From the NCBI GenBank assembly GCA_002269645.1, contig NIVC01001257.1, forward strand, positions 263,613 through 327,612: DNA of 64,000 nt. Direction: 5' to 3'. The position numbers and the translations under genes were made by a program. Origin of the DNA: Macrostomum lignano. Lineage: Eukaryota. This document shows positions 58,601 through 64,000 of this stretch, piece after piece. The notes under the pieces were generated by a model, which was given only the letters and a program-made list of their open reading frames with translations, did no database searches and was not told the DNA's origin. Every line of letters starts with the position of its first letter. Position 1 is the stretch's first letter.

Positions 58601-61600
58601 AGAGACAGGGGCGCCACCAAGAGACAGGGGCGCTGACCAAGAGACAGGGGCGCCCACCAAGAGACAGGGGCGCTGACCAAGAGACAGGGGCGCTGACCAA
58701 GAGACAGGGGCGCACCAAGAGACAGGGGCGCCCACCAAGAGACAGGCGCTGACCAAGAGACAGGGGCGCCACCAAGAGACAGGGGCGCCACCAAGAGACA
58801 GGGGCGCCCACCAAGAGACAGGGGCGCCCACCAAGAGACAGGGGCGCGACAAGAGACAGGGGCGCCCACCAAGAGACAGGGGCGACCAAGAGACAGGGGC
58901 GCTGACCAAGAGACAGGGGCGCTGACCAAGAGACAGGGCGCCCACCAAGAGACAGGGGCGCTGACCAAGAGACAGGGGCGCCCACCAAGAGACAGGGGCG
59001 CTGACCGAGACAGGGGCGCTGACCAGAGACAGGGGCGCTGACCGAGAGACAGGGGCGCTGACCAAGAGACAGGGGCGCTGACCAAGAGACAGGGGCGCCC
59101 ACCAAGAGACAGGGGCGCCCACCAAGAGACAGGGGCGCCACCAAGAGACAGGCGCTGACCAAGAGACAGGGGCGCCCACCAAGAGACAGGGGCGCACCAA
59201 GAGACAGGGGCGCCCACCAAGAGACAGGGGCGCACCAAGAGACAGGGCGCTGACCAAGAGACAGGGGCGCTGACCAAGAGACAGGGGCGCTGACCGAGAG
59301 ACAGGGGCGCTGACCAAGAGACAGGGGCGCCACCAAGAGACAGGGGCGCTGACCAAGAGACAGGGCGCCCACCAAGAGACAGGGGCGCTGACCAAGAGAC
59401 AGGGCGCCCACCAAGAGACAGGGGCGCTGACCAGAGACAGGGGCGCTGACCAAGAGACAGGGGCGCTGACCGAGAGACAGGGGCGCTGACCAAGAGACAG
59501 GGGCGCCCACCAAGAGACAGGGGCGCCCACCAAGAGACAGGCGCTGACCAAGAGACAGGGGCGCCCACCAAGAGACAGGGGCGCCCACCAAGAGACAGGG
59601 GCGCCCACCAAGAGACAGGGGCGCTGACCAGAGACAGGGGCGCCCACCAAGAGACAGGGGCGCCCACCAAGAGACAGGGGCGCCCACCAAGAGACAGGGG
59701 CGCTGACCAAGAGACAGGGGCGCTGACCAAGAGACAGGGGCGCTGACCAAGAGACAGGGGCGCCCACCAAGAGACAGGGGCGCTGACCAAGAGACAGGGG
59801 CGCCCACCAAGAGACAGGGGCGCTGACCAGAGACAGGGGCGCTGACCAAGAGACAGGGGCGCTGACCAGAGACAGGGGCGCTGACCAAGAGACAGGGGCG
59901 CCCACCAAGAGACAGGGCGCCACAAGAGACAGGGCGCTGACCAAGAGACAGGGGCGCCACCAAGAGACAGGGGCGCTGACCAAGAGACAGGGGCGCCCAC
60001 CAAGAGACAGGCGCTGACCAAGAGACAGGGGCGCCCACCAAGAGACAGGGGCGCCCACCAAGAGACAGGGGCGCCCACCAAGAGACAGGGGCGCTGACCA
60101 GAGACAGGGGCGCTGACCAAGAGACAGGGGCGCTGACCGAGAGACAGGGGCGCTGACCAAGAGACAGGGGCGCCCACAAGAGACAGGGGCGCCCACCAAG
60201 AGACAGGGGCGCCACCAAGAGACAGGGCGCTGACCAAGAGACAGGGGCTGACCAAGAGACAGGGCGCTGACCAAGAGACAGGGCGCTGACCGAGAGACAG
60301 GGGCGCTGACCAAGAGACAGGGGCGCTGACCGAGAGACAGGGGCGCTGACCAAGAGACAGGGGCGCCCACCAAGAGACAGGGGCGCTGACCAAGAGACAG
60401 GGCGCTGACCAGAGACAGGGGCGCTGACCAAGAGACAGGGCGTGACGCACAGAGACAGGGGCGCTGACCAAGAGACAGGGCGCCGACCAAGAGACAGGGG
60501 CGCCCACCAAGAGACAGGGGCGCTGACCAAGAGACAGGGGCGCTCACCAAGAGACAGGGGCGCCCACCAAGAGACAGGGGCGCCCACCAAGAGACAGGGC
60601 GCTGACCAAGAGACAGGGGCGCTGACCAAGAGACAGGGGGCCACCAAGAGACAGGGGCGCTGACCGAGAGACAGGGGCGCTGACCAAGAGACAGGGGCGC
60701 TGACCAAGAGACAGGGGCGCTGACCAGAGACAGGGGCTGACCAAGAGACAGGGGCGCCCACCAAGAGACAGGGGCGCCCACCAAGAGACAATGGCGCTGA
60801 CCAAGAGACAGGCGCTGACCAAGAGACAGGGGCGCCACCAAGAGACAGGGGCGCCACCAAGAGACAGGGGCGCTGACCAAGAGACAGGGGCGCTGACCAA
60901 GAGACAGGGGCGCCCACCAAGAGACAGGGCGCTGACCAAGAGACAGGGGCGCCCACCAAGAGACAGGGGCGCTGACCGAGAGACAGGGCGCTGACCAAGA
61001 GACAGGGGCGCCACCAAGAGACAGGGGCGCCCACAAGAGACAGGGGCGCCCACCAAGAGACAATGGCGCTGACCAAGAGACAGGGGCGCCCACCAAGAGA
61101 CAGGGGCGCCACCAAGAGACAGGGCGCCCACCAAGAGACAGGGGCGCCACCAAGAGACAGGGGCGCTGACCAAGAGACAGGGCGCTGACCAAGAGACAGG
61201 GGCGCCCACCAAGAGACAGGGGCGCTGACCAAGAGACAATGGCGCTGACCAAGAGACAATGACGCTGACCAAGAGACAGGGGCGCCCACCAAGAGACAGG
61301 GGCGCCCACCAAGAGACAGGGGCCCACACAGAGACAGGGGCGCTGACCAAGAGACAGGGGCGCCCACCAAGAGACAGGGGCGCCCACCAAGAGACAGGGG
61401 CGCTGACCAAGAGACAGGGGCGCCCACAAGAGACAGGGCGCTGACCGAGACAGGGGCGCTGACCAAGAGACAGGGGCGCTGACCGAGAGACAGGGGCGCT
61501 GACCAAGAGACAGGGGCGCCCACCAAGAGACAGGGGCGCTGACCAAGAGACAGGGGCGCCCACCAAGAGACAGGGGCGCGCCACTAAGAGACAGGGCGCC

Positions 61601-64000
61601 CACCAAGAGACAGGGCGCTGACCGAGAGACAGGGGCGCTGACCAAGAGACAGGGGCGCTGACCGAGAGACAGGGGCGCTGACCAAGAGACAGGGGCGCCC
61701 ACCAAGAGACAGGGGGCCCACCAAGAGACAGGCGCTGACCAAGAGACAGGGGCGCCCACCAAGAGACAGGGGCGCCCACCAAGAGACAGGGGCGCCCACC
61801 AAGAGACAGGGGCGCTGACCGAAGAGACAGGGGCGCTGACCAAGAGACAGGGGCGCTGACCGAGAGAGACAGGGGCGCTGACCAAGAGACAGGGGCGCTG
61901 ACCAAGAGACAGGGCGCCCACCAAGAGACAGGGGCGCCCACCAAGAGACAGGGCGCTGACCAAGAGACAGGGCGCTGACCAAGAGACAGGGGCGCCCACC
62001 AAGAGACAGGGGCGCTGACCGAGAGACAGGGGCGCTGACCAAGAGACAGGGGCGCTGACCGAGAGACAGGGGCGCTGACCAAGAGACAGGGGCGCCCACC
62101 AAGAGACAGGGCGCGCCACCAAGAGACAATGGCGCTGACCAAGAGACAGGGCGCCCACCGAAGAGACAGGGCGCTGACCAAGAGACAGGGGCGCTGACCG
62201 AGAGACAGGGGCGCTGACCAAGAGACAGGGGCCCCACCAAGAGACAGGGGCTGACCAAGAGACAGGGCGCCACCAAGAGACAGGGGCGCGCACTAAGAGA
62301 CAGGGACGCCCACCAAGAGACAGGGGCGCTGACCGAGAGACAGGGGCGCTGACCAAGAGACAGGGGCGCTGACCGAGAGACAGGGGCGCTGACCAAGAGA
62401 CAGGGGCGCCCACCAAGAGACAGGGGCGCCCACCAAGAGACAATGGCGCTGACCAAGAGACAGGGGCGCCCACCAAGAGACAGGGGCGCCCACAAGAGAC
62501 AGGGCGCCCACCAAGAGACAGGGGCGCTGACCGAGAGACAGGGCGCCCACCAAGACAGGGGCGCCACCAAGAGACAGGGGCGCCCACCAAGAGACAGGGG
62601 CGCTGACCAAGAGACAATGGCGCTGACCAAGAGACGGGGCGCTGACCAAGAGACAGGGCGCCCACCAAGAGACAGGGGCGCTGACCAAGAGACAGGGGCG
62701 CCCACCAAGAGACAGGGGCGCTGACCGAGAGACAGGGGCGCTGACCAAGAGACAGGGGCGCTGACCGAGAGACAGGGGCGCTGACCAAGAGACAGGGGCG
62801 CCCACCAAGAGACAGGGGCGCCCACCAAGAGACAATGGCGCTGACCAAGAGACAGGGGCGCTCACCAAGAGACAGGGGCGCTGACCAAGAGACAGGGGCG
62901 CCCACCAAGAGACAGGGGCGCTGACCGAGAGACAGGGGCGCTGACCAAGAGACAGGGGCGCCCACCAAGAGACAGGGCGCCCACCAAGAGACAATGGCGC
63001 TGACCAAGAGACAGGGGCGCCCCCAAGAGACAGGGGCGCCACAAGAGACAGGGGCGCCCACCAAGAGACAGGGCGGCCCACCAAGAGACAGGGGCGCGCA
63101 CTAAGAGACAGGGGCGCCCACCAAGAGACAGGGGCGCCCACCAAGAGACAGGGGCGCTGACCAAGAGACAGGGCGCTGACCAAGAGACAGGGGCGCCCAC
63201 AAGAGACAGAGGCGCTGACCAAGAGACAGGGGCGCCCACCAAGAGACAGGGCGCTGACCGAGAGACAGGGGCGCTGACCAGAGACAGGGGCGCTGACCGA
63301 GAGACAGGGGCGCTGACCAAGAGACAGGCTGCACTAAGAGACAGGGGCGCCCACCAAGAGACAGGGGCGCCCACCAAGAGACAGGGGCGCCCACCAAGAG
63401 ACAATGGCGCTGCCAAGACAGGGGCGCCACCAAGAGACAGGGGCGCCCACCAAGAGACAGGGCGCTGACCAAGAGACAGGGGCGCCACCAAGAGACAGGG
63501 CGCTGACCGAGAGACAGGGGCGCTGACCAAGAGACAGGGGCGCTGACCGAGAGACAGGGGCGCTGACCAAGAGACAGGGGCGCCCACCAAGAGACAGGGC
63601 GCTGACCAAGAGACAGGGGCCCACCAAGAGACAGGGGCGCGCACAAGAGACAGGGACGCCCACCAAGAAGACAGGGGCGCTGACCGAGAGACAGGGGCGC
63701 TGACCAAGAGACAGGGGCGCTGACCGAGAGACAGGGCGCTGACCAAGAGACAGGGGCGCCCACCAAGAGACAGGGGCGCCCACCAAGAGACAGGGCGCTG
63801 ACCAAGAGACAGGGGCGCCCACCAAGAGACAGGGGCGCCCACCAAGAGACAGGGGCGCCCACAAGAGACAGGGGCGCTGACCAGAGACAGGGGCGCCCAC
63901 CAAGAGACAGGGGCGCCACCAAGAGACAGGGGCGCCCACCAAGAGACAGGGGCGCTGACCAAGAGACATGGCGTGACCAAGAGACAGGGCGCTGACCAAG
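49633..64000. repeat. 20-bp satellite, right arm (runs off the window), roughly 720 units, many 1-3 bp deletions after about 50450
   Basis: Same unit and same variant classes as the left arm. Confidence 0.99.

Noticed and set aside
32272-64000. Huge ORFs (up to 2436 aa; SAPLSLGQRPCLLV..., TKRQGR...) in the ORF track
   Set aside because: Translation of the 20-bp satellite. Its minus strand has almost no stop codons in any frame, so all three frames are open.

Overview
Repeat-dense eukaryotic (invertebrate animal) genomic window with GT-AG spliced genes; a Macrostomum-like flatworm is only a guess. 1-14.5 kb: two near-identical copies of a segment carrying the last two exons of a sex-peptide/MIP-receptor-like GPCR and three VNTRs. 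16.5-20.4 kb: casein kinase I delta/epsilon (minus), head-to-head with a complete 9-exon CFAP52/WDR16 gene (22.0-27.9 kb, plus). 29.1-32.2 kb: a second, atypical rhodopsin-family GPCR (minus). From 32.3 kb to the end: a 20-bp satellite of more than 21 kb, split by a young, full-length 10.66-kb Ty3/Gypsy LTR retrotransposon (38973-49632, minus). Most striking observation: directly after a U_UUA_AAC -1 frameshift signal at the end of gag, the pol frame encodes a cold-shock domain (RNP-1 RGYGFL, RNP-2 DIFFH) and a long coiled coil ahead of the protease. The ORF track misses the N-terminal half of this domain. The element also has an exact duplicate polypurine tract, a motif array in its 3' region and no obvious tRNA primer-binding site. 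The very long ORFs in the track come from the satellite. All calls are by eye; no database searches were run.
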